A stretch of 64,000 bases of DNA from an uncultured Solirubrobacteraceae bacterium (lineage in GTDB: Bacteria > Actinomycetota > Thermoleophilia > Solirubrobacterales > Solirubrobacteraceae), in NCBI GenBank assembly GCA_963768375.1, contig CAVYHO010000001.1, positions 20,136 to 84,135 of the forward strand, read 5' to 3'. A program made the translations under genes and the position numbers. Shown here piece by piece: positions 1 to 10,229 of the stretch (the stretch's first letter is position 1; each line of letters opens with the position of its first letter). The notes beneath the pieces were generated by a model, which was given only the letters and a program-made list of their open reading frames with translations, did not search any database and was not told the DNA's origin.

Positions 1-1
1 C

Positions 2-656
2 GATCCGCGGATCGCGGCACTGGTGTGGGAAGCGCTCGGCGACGCGCGGACGGTGGTCAACGTCGGCGCGGGCGCCGGGTCCTACGAGCCCGAGGATCGC
101 TACGTCGTCGCCGTCGAGCCGTCGGCGGCGATGCGCGCGCAGCGCAGGACGCCCGCGGTCGACGCCACCGCGGAGTCACTGCCGTTCGACGACGACAGCT
201 TCGACGCGGCGATGGCGATGGTGACGATCCACCAGTGGCGCGACGTCGACCGCGGCCTGCGCGAGTTGCGGCGCGTCAGCCGCGGGCCGGTGGTGATCCT
301 GACGTTCGAAGGCGGCGCGGTGCCGCGGTTCTGGCTCCATGACTACGCGCCCGACGTGCTCGCGCTGGAGGCGAGCCGGTATCCGCCGTTGGCACTCGCT
401 GGGCGGTCGGATCCTCGAGGTGCCGATTCCGTTCGACTGCCAGGACGGCTTCGCCGAGGCGTTCTACGGCCGCCCCGAGGCGCTGCTCGACCCGGAGGTC
501 CGCCGCGCGCAGTCGGCCTGGGGGCTGGCCGGGGTCGACGACGTGCCCGCCCTTCGTGACGCGCTGGCCAGCGGCGAGTGGGATGCCCGCTACGGGCATC
601 TGCGCACGCAGCCCGAGTACGTCGGATCGCTGCGGCTGGTTGTCACCGAAAGTTAA
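2..656 (+). pseudogene. Class I SAM-dependent methyltransferase, 5'-truncated by the window edge, with a +1 frameshift near 395
   Basis: VVNVGAGAGSYEP SAM motif and AESLPFDDDSFDAAM lie in ORF 23..559. The C-terminal half (VPIPFDCQDGFAEAFYGRPEALLDP) continues in ORF 339..656. Removing one base near 395 joins them. Confidence 0.8.
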
Positions 657-721
657 GACCTCGCCGGTGGCGCCTCGGTTAGCGTTTTCGCGCCACGAAC
701 ATACAGATCCAAGGAGGATCG

Positions 722-1543
722 ATGAAGAGCAAGGGACTGCTCACCCTGACGACCGCGCTGACCCTCGCGGTCGCCCCCTCCGCGGCCGCCGCCTCGCCCG
801 AGGTGCACCTCCCCAACCTCCGTGTGGGCGAGGCGGACGCCGCGACCGGCGCGCCGCTGACGATCAACGTCGCTCTGGACCGCCCGAACCCGTACTCGGT
901 CCCGGTGTCGGTGATCGTGCACGACTTCACGACGCGGCCGGGGTACGGCACCGCGACGCCGGGCGCGGACTACGCGCCAATCCCGCAGTTCCGGCTGTCC
1001 TGGGCGCCGGGCCAGCAGGTCGCGACGTTCCCCGTGACCCTGCTCGGTGACACGCTCGACGAGCCCGAGGAGAACATCAATATCCGGATCTCCGGGCCGT
1101 CCGGGGTGACGATCCGCGACAACGACATCGACATCGTGGTGCGCGACAACGACCCGAACCCGCTGCTCGGTCCGGTCGCCTTGATGCCGACCGCGGCGAT
1201 CAGAGAGGCCGACACGGGATGCGCGCCGTACGAGGTCACCGTGCAGTTGACCGAGCCCGCGGCCGCTCCCGCGTCGGTCGGCGTGGGCGACTTCACCGCA
1301 CGGCCCGTGCCCGGCACCAACCGCACGTACGGCACCGCCACGCCCGGCGTCGACTACCTGGCGTTCCCGTCGTTCCGCCTCCACTTCGCGGCCGGAGCGA
1401 ACGCGGCGACGTTCCCAATCCACCTGTGCGGCGACACGGTGCCCGAGATCGACGAGGAGATCGACGTGCGCATCTCGGGTCCGAGCGGCCTCCGGATCGC
1501 CGACAACGACCTCGATCTCATCTTGCGCGACGACGACGCATAA
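722..1543 (+). CDS. Secreted protein with two tandem Calx-beta-like domains
   Basis: AAGGAGG RBS and a signal peptide. Two repeats of DFTxRP..YGTATPGxDY...FRL...DT..E.EE.I..RISGPSG..I.DND. Confidence 0.8.
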   Translation: MKSKGLLTLTTALTLAVAPSAAAASPEVHLPNLRVGEADAATGAPLTINVALDRPNPYSVPVSVIVHDFTTRPGYGTATPGADYAPIPQFRLSWAPGQQVATFPVTLLGDTLDEPEENINIRISGPSGVTIRDNDIDIVVRDNDPNPLLGPVALMPTAAIREADTGCAPYEVTVQLTEPAAAPASVGVGDFTARPVPGTNRTYGTATPGVDYLAFPSFRLHFAAGANAATFPIHLCGDTVPEIDEEIDVRISGPSGLRIADNDLDLILRDDDA

Positions 1544-1550
1544 TGAGTCC

Positions 1551-2012
1551 ATGCCTGAGACGTTCGCTACGACCGTCCGCGAGGCGATGCACCCCGGCTG
1601 CACGTGCATCGCCGAGGGGGAGACGGTGGCCGAGGCCGCCAGGATGATGGAGCGGCTCGACGTCGGCGCGCTGCCGATCTGCGGGGAGGACGACCGCCTG
1701 CACGGGATGATCACCGACCGCGACATCGTCGTGAAGGTGGTGGGCCGCAACCGCGACCCGCGCACCACGTTTGCCGGCGAACTCGCGCAGTACCGGCTGA
1801 TCTATACGAGCGTCGACGCGCCGATCCAGGAGGCGATGGAGCTGATGCGCCGCCACCGGGTGCGGCGGCTCCCCGTGATCGATGCCGAGAAGCGGCTGTG
1901 CGGGATGATCTCCGAGTCGGACATCGCCACGCACGTCTCGCATGAGGAGTTCGCGGCGCTGATCGAGGCGATCGCGACCACCGAACCGCAGCACTTCTCA
2001 GTCCGGCGCTGA
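1551..2012 (+). CDS. CBS-domain pair protein
   Basis: VGALPICGEDDRLHGMITDRDIV and VRRLPVIDAEKRLCGMISESDIA. Confidence 0.9.
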   Translation: MPETFATTVREAMHPGCTCIAEGETVAEAARMMERLDVGALPICGEDDRLHGMITDRDIVVKVVGRNRDPRTTFAGELAQYRLIYTSVDAPIQEAMELMRRHRVRRLPVIDAEKRLCGMISESDIATHVSHEEFAALIEAIATTEPQHFSVRR

Positions 2013-2055
2013 TCTACCCCCGGGGCTGGAATAGGGGGCGCCCTGGGGTGTAGAT
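2012..2055. promoter_or_regulatory. Imperfect inverted repeat (ATCTACCCCCGGGG...CCCTGGGGTGTAGAT); terminator or operator upstream of the MoxR operon
   Basis: Seen in the intergenic sequence; function not determinable. Confidence 0.4.
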
Positions 2056-2098
2056 TTCGCGTCGAAGGGAGAGGAGCGATGCGATCGCCGGGCCACAG

Positions 2099-4040
2099 AT
2101 GACTGTTGGCCTGCCGGACGATGTCACCGCCTCGGTGGTGGGTCGACGGCGTGAGCTTCGCCTACTCCTGAGCGCCCTCGAACGCGGCAAGGCGGTCCTG
2201 CTGATCGGCCTTCCCGGGCGTCTCCAAGACGACGATGGTGCGCGCGCTCGCGCATCACCTCGGCGACGAGCCCGACCGCTTCGTCGACGTCACGGGCGAC
2301 GAGCAGCTGACCGGGCACGCGCTGGTCGGGACGTTCGACCCGCCGATGGTGCTCAAGGAGGGCTACCGGCCCGAGCACTTCGTCCCCGGGCCGTTGGCGC
2401 GCGCGATGAACGCCGGCGGGATCCTCTACCTGGAGGAGATGAACCGGGCGCCGAGCGGCGCGCTGAATGTGCTGATGACGGCGCTGTCGGAGCGCTATCT
2501 CGAGGTGCCGCGGCTCGGGCGGGTCGACGCGCGAGAAGGCTTCACGGTGGTCGGCGCGGCCAACCCGCTCGACGATGTCGGCACCACGCGGCTCTCGCGC
2601 GGCTTGGTCGATCGCTTCGTGACGTTGGAGCTCGACTACCAGGCGCGCGAGGACGAGCTGGCGATCGTGGGACGCAGGTGCGGCGGCGAGCGCGCCGGCT
2701 TCCACGCCTTCGCCGTCGACCTCGGGCGCGAGTCGCGGGTCCATCCGGACCTGCGCCACGGCGCCTCGATCCGCGGCGCGATCGACTTCATCGACCTGCT
2801 CACCGGCTGGCGGCACGACGAGCTCGACCTCGACACGATCCGCTTCCTGGCCTGCAGCGCGTACGCGGGCAAGCTGCGCGTGAAGCCCAGCGCCGGCAAG
2901 ACCGCGGCGGAGATCGTCCACGAGCTGATCGGCAAGCTGCTGCGGCGCGACTTCAACGGCAACGTCGAGACGCTGTTCGAGCATGCGCTGCGGGCGCCGG
3001 CCGGCGTCCCGGTCGAGGCCGACGAGGACACCGGCGGCGAGGCGGAGCCCGGCCCGGCGGAGCTGGCGGGCGGCGATCGTCCAGCCCCGCGCCCCAAATC
3101 ACCGGACGAGATCCCGGGGCTCGCGCGGCCCGGCTCCGGCGACGAGGCCGGAGAGTCGCGCTCGGTGCCGATGGTGGGCCGCGACCGGCCGTCCAATGGC
3201 GGCGCACGCATCGGAGACGCGCCCGACCCGCGAGACAGCCACCTGCGCGACCCCGAGTTGGTGCTCAAGCACGCGCGCGAGCTCGTCCTGCGCCTGCGCG
3301 AGGGCGTCCCCGCGCACGCGGGCGCACCCGGCACCGCGGTGCTCGCTCGCCCGTGGACGGAGGAGGCGCCCGGCCCACTGGCGCTCGAGGCCACCGTCGA
3401 CGCGTACCTGGCCAACAGCGGCCGGCTCGAGCGTGACGACATGTTCATCGAGAACCGCAGCCGCCACCGGCGCGACTACGTGATCCTCGTCGACCACTCG
3501 GGCTCGATGGTCGGCCGCAAGCTGATGCTGGCGGCGACGATGGCCGCCGCGCTCGCGCAGCTGAGCGCGGCGGGCCGCGCCGACTACGCCGTGATCGCCT
3601 TCGACGACGAGCTCAAGGAGATCAAGCCGCTCGGCGTCGAGGCCGACGTCGAGGACGTCGTCGACGTCGTGCTGCGGCTCCCCGAGGGCCGCGCGACCGA
3701 CATCGGCCAGGTGCTGCAGGCGGCCGCCGAGGCGTCGGATCGGCTGCCCGGCGCGACCGACGTGATCCTGATCAGCGACTGCATGCCCACCAAGGGCGTC
3801 AAGACGTACGCGGGCCTGGCCCGCCTCGCCGCGCGTGTGCCGTCGCTCTATATCGCGTTCGCCGACGAGCGCGGCGCGGCCATCCAGATGTTCGGCGGCG
3901 AGCGGCAACTGGATCTGTACCAGTGGTGGGCGCAGCAGTGGGTGGGCGCCGACCGCCTGAAGGAGTTCGCGGACCTCGACGACGTGGAGGGCGTCGTCGA
4001 TCTCCTGTCTGAGGGACCGAGTGGAGGAGGAGCGGCGTGA
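2099..4040 (+). CDS. MoxR-type AAA+ ATPase fused to a VWA domain (CoxD/CoxE-like), with an apparent +1 frameshift at 2216-2218
   Basis: Removing one G restores Walker A GLPGVSKTT. Walker B ILYLEEMNRA, GAANP and DRF motifs are present. C-terminal MIDAS DHSGSM...T...ISD. Confidence 0.85.
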
Positions 4041-6802
4041 GCAAGATCCCCATCACCCTGGAGGTCAACGGGGTGCCGTACGAGTTGCTGGCCGACCCGA
4101 GCCGGTCGCTCGCCGACGCCCTGCGCGACGACCTCGGGCTGACCGGCACCAAACGCGCGTGCAACGAGGGCGAGTGCGCATCGTGCGCCGTGCACCTCGA
4201 CGGCGACGTGGTCAACTCGTGCCTCGTGCTGGCCGTGCAGGCGCAGGGCCAGAAGATCACGACGATCGAGGGCCTCGCGCACAACGGCACGCTCGACCCG
4301 GTGCAGGAGGCGTTCGCGACCCACTTCGCGTCGCAGTGCGGCTACTGCACGCCGGGGATGATCATGACCGCGAAGGCGTTCCTGGCCACGAACCCGACGC
4401 CGACCGAGGACGAGGTGCGCCAGGCGATTCGCGGCAATCTCTGCCGCTGCACCGGCTACTCGCGGATCGTCGAGGCGATCATGGCCGCGTCCGGTCAGTC
4501 GATCGAGGTGCGGCAGTACCGGCCGTCCGAGCACCGGGTCGTCGGCCAGTCGCTCCCGCGTGCCGACTCGCACGAGAAGGTCACCGGCAAGGCGCCGTAC
4601 GCGTACGACATGCGGCTGCCCGGGATGCTGCACGGCGAGATCCTGCGCAGCCCGCACCCGTCGGCGCGGATCGTCGCCATCGACAGCGCGGTGGCCGCCG
4701 CCGTCCCGGGCGTGCTCGCGGTCTACACGCAGGCCGACATGCCGCAGGGCAAGTACGGCGCGTTCGTGCAGGACGAGACCGCGCTCGCCGACGGCGTCGT
4801 CCGCTACCAGGGCGAGGGCGTCGCGGCCGTGATCGCGATCGACGAGCCGACCGCGCTGCGCGCGATGGAGCTGATCGACGTCGACTACGAGCCGATCCCG
4901 GGCGTCTTCGATCCCGAGGCCGCGATGGAGGAGGGCGCGCCGGCCGTGCACGAGGGCGTCGAGCGCAACGTCGTCGCCCACAACCGCGTCCACGCGGGCG
5001 ACCTCGACGCCGGCTTCGAGGAGGCCGACCACATCTTCGAGGACCGGTTCGTCACGAGCCGCCAGTGCCACACGTGCATGGAGCCGCACGCGCTGATCGC
5101 CGACTACGACGCGTCGGGGCGTGTGACGCTGCACATGAGCAGCCAGTCGACGTTCTTCGATCGCTTCAGCCTGATGGGCATCTTCGGGATGCCGGCGAAC
5201 AAGATCCGGATCCTCTCGCCGTACCTGGGCGGCGGGTTCGGGTCGAAGTCCGAGACCCACTCGATCTACGTCGTCGCCATCCAGGCGTCGATGAACCTCG
5301 GGCGGCCGGTGCGGATGTTCCACTCGCGCGACGAGGAGTTCACGTCCTCGCGCACGCGCCACCCGGAGATCATCTACATGAAGACCGGGGTCAAGGCCGA
5401 CGGGACGATCACGGCGCGATCCGCGCGCGTGATCCTCGACAACGGCGCCTACACCTCGTACGGGCCCGGCGTGTCACTGACGCAGTCGATGCTCGGCGGC
5501 GCCGTCTACCGCATCCCCGCCTACCACTACGACGGCTACACCGTCTACACCAACAACCCGATGGGCGGGGCGTTCCGCGGGTTCGGCAGCCCGCAGTTCA
5601 CGTTCGCGGCCGAGTGCCACACGGACATGATCGCCGAGCGGCTCGGCATGGATGCGGTCGCGTTCCGGATGATGAACCTGTCGCAGCCGGGTGACGTCGC
5701 GATCTCCGGCCCGACGCTGACCTCGTGCGGCGTCGCGGAGTGCTGCGAGAAGGCGGCGGAGGCGATCGGCTGGGGCCGGGAGCTGCCGGCGGGCCACGGC
5801 ATCGGGATCGCGTGCGGGACGCACTTCACGTCGGGCAAGTTCCATCCGAACGTCAACGCCGACTTCTGCGGCGCGGGCGTGAAGGTCAACGAGGACGGCT
5901 CGGTGTCGCTGATGATCGGCGCGACCGAGATCGGCACCGGCGCGGCCACGACCGCGACGGCGATGATCTGCGCCGAGGAGCTCGGCATCGACCTCGACGA
6001 CGTGGACGTGATCTTCTCGGACTCCGAGACGATCCCGGCCGACTTCGGGACGTACGGGAGTCGCGTGACCACGCTGTCCGGCAACGCTGTGAAGGACGCG
6101 TGCGCGCAGGTGCGCGAGCAGCTCTTCCGGGTCGCGTCCGAGGCGCTCGAGGTGCCGGCGGATCAGTTGGAGTGCGTCGACCACGGCGTGCGGGCGCGTG
6201 ACGACCACAGCAAATCGATGGACCTCGCGTCGGTCGTCCAGTCGTCGCTGTTCCGCGACCGTGACGGGCGCCAGATCATGGCCCAGTCGCACTACGACGC
6301 GCCGTGCTCGCTGCCCGACCCGGAGACCGGGGTGGGCGACTTCGCGATGAGCTACAGCTTCGGCGCGCACGCGGTCGAGGTCGAGGTCGATCAGGAGACC
6401 GGGCACGTCCGGATCGTCGACTTCGTCGCGGCCACCGACTGCGGCAACCTGGTCAACCCGGCGCTGGCCGAGTCGCAGGTCGAGGGCGGCGCGGCGCAGG
6501 GCATCGGCTACGGGCTGATGGAGGACCTGATCGTCGAGGAAGGGCAGGTCATGAACCCGCGCTTCTCGACCTACCGGATCCCGACCGCGACCGAGATGCC
6601 CCCGATGCGCTCGCTGTGGGTGGAGACCAATGACCCGCGCGGCCCGTACGGCGCCAAGGGGCTCGGCGAGATGGGCCTGGTGCCGACCGCGGCGGCGATC
6701 GCGAACGCGGTCAAGAACGCCACCGGGGCGCGGATCACCCGGATCCCGCTGACGCCGGAGCGCGTGCACTCGGCGCTCGGCTCGAACGGAGGGGAGGCGT
6801 GA
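4037..6802 (+). CDS. Xanthine-dehydrogenase-family molybdoenzyme: [2Fe-2S] subunit fused to the molybdopterin subunit
   Basis: CNEGECASC..NSC and QCGYC..CRC Fe-S motifs; GGGFGSK, AFRGFGSPQ, GSR and GAKGLGE Moco motifs. Confidence 0.93.
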   Translation: MSKIPITLEVNGVPYELLADPSRSLADALRDDLGLTGTKRACNEGECASCAVHLDGDVVNSCLVLAVQAQGQKITTIEGLAHNGTLDPVQEAFATHFASQCGYCTPGMIMTAKAFLATNPTPTEDEVRQAIRGNLCRCTGYSRIVEAIMAASGQSIEVRQYRPSEHRVVGQSLPRADSHEKVTGKAPYAYDMRLPGMLHGEILRSPHPSARIVAIDSAVAAAVPGVLAVYTQADMPQGKYGAFVQDETALADGVVRYQGEGVAAVIAIDEPTALRAMELIDVDYEPIPGVFDPEAAMEEGAPAVHEGVERNVVAHNRVHAGDLDAGFEEADHIFEDRFVTSRQCHTCMEPHALIADYDASGRVTLHMSSQSTFFDRFSLMGIFGMPANKIRILSPYLGGGFGSKSETHSIYVVAIQASMNLGRPVRMFHSRDEEFTSSRTRHPEIIYMKTGVKADGTITARSARVILDNGAYTSYGPGVSLTQSMLGGAVYRIPAYHYDGYTVYTNNPMGGAFRGFGSPQFTFAAECHTDMIAERLGMDAVAFRMMNLSQPGDVAISGPTLTSCGVAECCEKAAEAIGWGRELPAGHGIGIACGTHFTSGKFHPNVNADFCGAGVKVNEDGSVSLMIGATEIGTGAATTATAMICAEELGIDLDDVDVIFSDSETIPADFGTYGSRVTTLSGNAVKDACAQVREQLFRVASEALEVPADQLECVDHGVRARDDHSKSMDLASVVQSSLFRDRDGRQIMAQSHYDAPCSLPDPETGVGDFAMSYSFGAHAVEVEVDQETGHVRIVDFVAATDCGNLVNPALAESQVEGGAAQGIGYGLMEDLIVEEGQVMNPRFSTYRIPTATEMPPMRSLWVETNDPRGPYGAKGLGEMGLVPTAAAIANAVKNATGARITRIPLTPERVHSALGSNGGEA

Positions 6803-7638
6803 TGCGCTACCTCGAGCCCACGACCGTCGACGAGGCGCTCGGCGCGCTGGCCGAGCACGGCGATTCGGCCAAGGTGATCGCCGGCGGCCAGTCGCTGCTG
6901 ATCATGATGCGCGAGCGGCTCGTCGATCCCGAAGTGCTGATCGGGCTGAACGCGATCGGCGAACTGCGGTCGCTGGAGACCAACGGCGAAGCGGTCATCA
7001 GCTCGATGGTCCGCCACGTGGAGGTCGAGAAGTCGGCCGACATCGCGCGGTCGTGGCCGCTGGTGAGCGCGGCCGAGGCGGCGGTGTCGACGCTCCAGGT
7101 GCGCAACCGTGGCACGTTGTGCGGCAGCGTCGCGCACGCGTTCCCGACCGCCGACCCGCCGGGCGCGCTGGTGGCGTCCGACGCGCGCGTGCGGTTGATG
7201 AGCAAGCAGGGCGAGCGTGAGGTCGCGGCGGAGGACTTCTTCGTCGACCTGATGGAGACCGCCGCCGAGCCGGACGAGCTGGTGCGGGCGGTGATCCTCC
7301 CGGCCCAGCCGGAGGGCGCGCGGACCGCGTACATCAAGTTCTCCATCCGGCCGCTGGACTTCGCGATCGTCGGTGTGGCGGTGCGATTGACGGTCGACGG
7401 CGGGACGATCACCGACGCCCGGATCGGGCTCAACGGGGCGGCGAACCACTGCCTGCGGGCGACCGAGGCGGAGGCCGTGCTGCGCGGCAATGAGCTGTCG
7501 GACGAGCTGTTCCGGCGTGCCGGAGACGCGGCCGCGGCGCAGTCCGATCCGCTCGCCGACGTCGACGGCAACGAGGACTACAAGCGCCACGTCGTCGGCG
7601 TCTACACCCGCCGAGCCCTGGAGAAGGCGATGGGGTGA
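6799..7638 (+). CDS. FAD-binding medium subunit (CoxM/XdhB-like)
   Basis: KVIAGGQSL, QVRNRGTLCGSVAHAFPTAD, YKRHVVGV. Confidence 0.92.
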   Translation: MMRYLEPTTVDEALGALAEHGDSAKVIAGGQSLLIMMRERLVDPEVLIGLNAIGELRSLETNGEAVISSMVRHVEVEKSADIARSWPLVSAAEAAVSTLQVRNRGTLCGSVAHAFPTADPPGALVASDARVRLMSKQGEREVAAEDFFVDLMETAAEPDELVRAVILPAQPEGARTAYIKFSIRPLDFAIVGVAVRLTVDGGTITDARIGLNGAANHCLRATEAEAVLRGNELSDELFRRAGDAAAAQSDPLADVDGNEDYKRHVVGVYTRRALEKAMG

Positions 7639-8393
7639 TGGACTTCAACGCCGACCTCGGCGAGAGCTTCGGCCTGTGGGAGCGCGGGGCCGACGAGGCG
7701 CTGATGCGCGTGATCTCGTCGGCCAACGTCGCGTGTGGCTTCCACGCCGGCGATCCGGGGGCGATGCGGCGGGCGGTCGCGCAGGCGCGCGCCAACGGCG
7801 TGCACATCGGCGCCCATCCCGGGCTCCCGGATCTCTTGGGGTTCGGGCGCCGCGTGATGGACGTCAGCGCCGACGACGTGCGCGACTACGTGCTTTACCA
7901 AGTCGCGGCGCTGGACGGGTTCGCGCAGGGGCTGCACCACGTCAAGCCGCACGGTGCGCTGTACATGATGGCCCTCGACGACCGGGCGATCGCGCGGGCG
8001 ATTGCCGAGGCCGTCGCGTCCTACCAGGAGGGGCTGCCGGTCTACACGCTCGCGGGGAGCGAGCTGTGGGACGCGGCGGCGGCCGCGGGGTTGCCCGCGG
8101 TGGCCGAGTTCTTCGCCGATCGTCCGCTGCGCGCGGACGGCTCGGTGGTGATGTTCGGCTGGCAGGAGCTGTTCACCCCGACACCGGAGGCGGTCGGTCT
8201 ACGCGTCCGCAGCCTGCTCGAGACCGGCACGGTGCCGGCGCTCGGCGGCATTCCGGTGGTGGTCCAGGCCGAGACCGTGTGCGTCCACTCCGACACGCCG
8301 CGCGCAGACGAGCTCGGCGAGGCGGTGCGCGCGGTGATCGGCGACCGGGCGCCTGTGGAGGCGCCCATGAACGGAGGAGGAGTCAGTGTCTGA
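7635..8393 (+). CDS. pxpA: 5-oxoprolinase subunit A (LamB/YcsF family)
   Basis: DFNADLGESFG, ANVACGFHAGDP, GAHPGLPDLLGFGRR, HVKPHGALY, TVCVHSDTP. Confidence 0.92.
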   Translation: MMDFNADLGESFGLWERGADEALMRVISSANVACGFHAGDPGAMRRAVAQARANGVHIGAHPGLPDLLGFGRRVMDVSADDVRDYVLYQVAALDGFAQGLHHVKPHGALYMMALDDRAIARAIAEAVASYQEGLPVYTLAGSELWDAAAAAGLPAVAEFFADRPLRADGSVVMFGWQELFTPTPEAVGLRVRSLLETGTVPALGGIPVVVQAETVCVHSDTPRADELGEAVRAVIGDRAPVEAPMNGGGVSV

Positions 8394-9057
8394 CGAGGAC
8401 AACCGCCCGGCGATGTTCGCCCCCGAGGCGGGGATCGGCGTACCGCTCGCGGTCGCGGGCTTCGGGTTCGCGGTGCTCGTGTTGGGCATGGCCAACGCGC
8501 GCGTCTTCAGTCCCGCCGCGATCGGTCTCTTCGTGCCGGTGGCGATGGCCACGGGCGCGTTCTGCCTGTTCATCGGCGGGCTGTTCGAGTTCCGCGCCAA
8601 CAACACGTTCGGCGGCACGTTCGCCGTGCTCTACGCCGGCTTCCTGCTCACCACGGGGTTGATCCTGCGCTGGTTCGCGGGCGACATCACCACGATCGCG
8701 GGCGCGCTCGCGTTCGGCGACGCGTTCGGCACGTGGCTGCTGTTGTGGGGCGTGTTCACCGTGCTCCTCAGCGTGGGCGCGTGGTACATCAACATGCCCG
8801 CGTTCCTGGCCTTCGCCCTACTGGCGCTGGCCTACTTCATCCTCGGGTTCGCGAACATCATGAACCCGAGCGACACCGTGACGTTCCTGACCAAGCTCGG
8901 CGGCTGGGTGCTGATCATCGACGGCATCTGCGCCTGGTACCTGAGCTGGGCCGCTTCGATCAATTCGCTCGTCCCGGACAAGCTCCCGCTGTGGCCGTAC
9001 CCGTACTCGCAAGCGGAGGCGGCGGCGCCGACGTCTACCCCGGCGGTGCATGCCTGA
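8386..9057 (+). CDS. GPR1/FUN34/YaaH (SatP-like) carboxylate transporter
   Basis: About 6 TM helices; PLAVAGFG, GLFEFRANNTFGGT, GGWVLIIDGICAWY. Confidence 0.75.
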   Translation: MSDEDNRPAMFAPEAGIGVPLAVAGFGFAVLVLGMANARVFSPAAIGLFVPVAMATGAFCLFIGGLFEFRANNTFGGTFAVLYAGFLLTTGLILRWFAGDITTIAGALAFGDAFGTWLLLWGVFTVLLSVGAWYINMPAFLAFALLALAYFILGFANIMNPSDTVTFLTKLGGWVLIIDGICAWYLSWAASINSLVPDKLPLWPYPYSQAEAAAPTSTPAVHA

Positions 9058-9113
9058 TCTGCACGATCGTTTGCAGAAAAGAGGGATTCGGCGGCTAGGG
9101 TCGCGGTCGGTCT

Positions 9114-10220
9114 ATGGCCCTGCTTCGTCGTGCAACGCCCCTGGCGCTCCTAGTGCTGCTCGCCTTCGGCATCCCTGCGCACGGCCAGGAGAGCCTGCGC
9201 GAGGCGGCCCAGCGGCTGCGGTCGGCGGTCGCCGCCGAGGAGGCGCGGATCGCGGACACCCGTGAAGGCCTCGCCGACGCCGAGCAGCGGCTGGCGGTCC
9301 TCAACGCGCGCCTGACCAAGCGCCGGACACAGCTCGACGAAGCGCAGAACCAGCTCGTTAGGGCGCGCGTTCGGCTGAGCCGTCTCGAGCGCAAGCAGGC
9401 GACCGCTGAGAAGCAGCTCGCCGAGAACCTGCGCGAGAACTACAAGGCCGGGAAGCCGACGTTCGTCACCGTCGTGCTCAATGCGAACGGGTTCAACGAT
9501 CTCGTCTCGCAGTTCGAGTTCTACCGCCGGATCGCGCGCCGCAACGCGTCGGTGCTCAACACCACACGCAACGTGCGCCGCGAGGTGCAGGGGCAGACCG
9601 TCGAGCTCAAGCAGCTGCGGACCACATACGCTGGGCTGGCGCGCGACGCGGAGAGCGATCGCAACGCCGCCGACGTCATCCGCACGGCGCTGCTCAACCG
9701 CGAGGCCGCACAGCTGGCCCGGCGCGCCGGCGTCGCGTCTCGGCTGGCGTCCGTGCAGGGCCGGATCGCCGCGATCCAGCGCCGCCAGGAAGCCGCGGCG
9801 CGGCGGGCGCGCTCCGCGCGGACCGCGCTCACCCAGGCGCCGCGGATCCCCGCGGGTGCGACCGGTGGCGATGTCGTCGGTCGCGTCGTCGCGGCCGCGA
9901 ACGAGATCGCCGGTACGCCGTACGTATACGGCGGCGGCCACGGCGGCAACTCAGGCGGCTATGACTGCTCGGGCTCGATCAGCTACGCGCTGGCAGCGGC
10001 CGGCCTGCTCGCCTCGCCGCTCGACTCGACCGGGTTCATGGGCTGGGGCGAGGCCGGGCCGGGCAAGCGGATCACGGTCTACGCGAACGCCGGCCACGCG
10101 TTCATGGTCGTCGACGGGCGCCGGTACGACACGAGCGCACTCTCCGGCGGCGGCACGCGCTGGTCGAACAGCATGCGCAGCACCGCGGGGTTCGTTGCCC
10201 GCCACCCGCCGGGGCTGTAA
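9114..10220 (+). CDS. Secreted coiled-coil NlpC/P60 peptidoglycan hydrolase
   Basis: Signal peptide, long coiled coil, PYVYGGGH..GYDCSG..GHAF. Confidence 0.88.
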   Translation: MALLRRATPLALLVLLAFGIPAHGQESLREAAQRLRSAVAAEEARIADTREGLADAEQRLAVLNARLTKRRTQLDEAQNQLVRARVRLSRLERKQATAEKQLAENLRENYKAGKPTFVTVVLNANGFNDLVSQFEFYRRIARRNASVLNTTRNVRREVQGQTVELKQLRTTYAGLARDAESDRNAADVIRTALLNREAAQLARRAGVASRLASVQGRIAAIQRRQEAAARRARSARTALTQAPRIPAGATGGDVVGRVVAAANEIAGTPYVYGGGHGGNSGGYDCSGSISYALAAAGLLASPLDSTGFMGWGEAGPGKRITVYANAGHAFMVVDGRRYDTSALSGGGTRWSNSMRSTAGFVARHPPGL

Positions 10221-10229
10221 GAAGGGCAG

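Noticed and set aside
4037-7638. Aerobic CO dehydrogenase (cox) call suggested by the CoxD/E-like neighbour
   Set aside because: The large subunit lacks the AYxCSFR and AYxGAGR signatures and has AFRGFG instead
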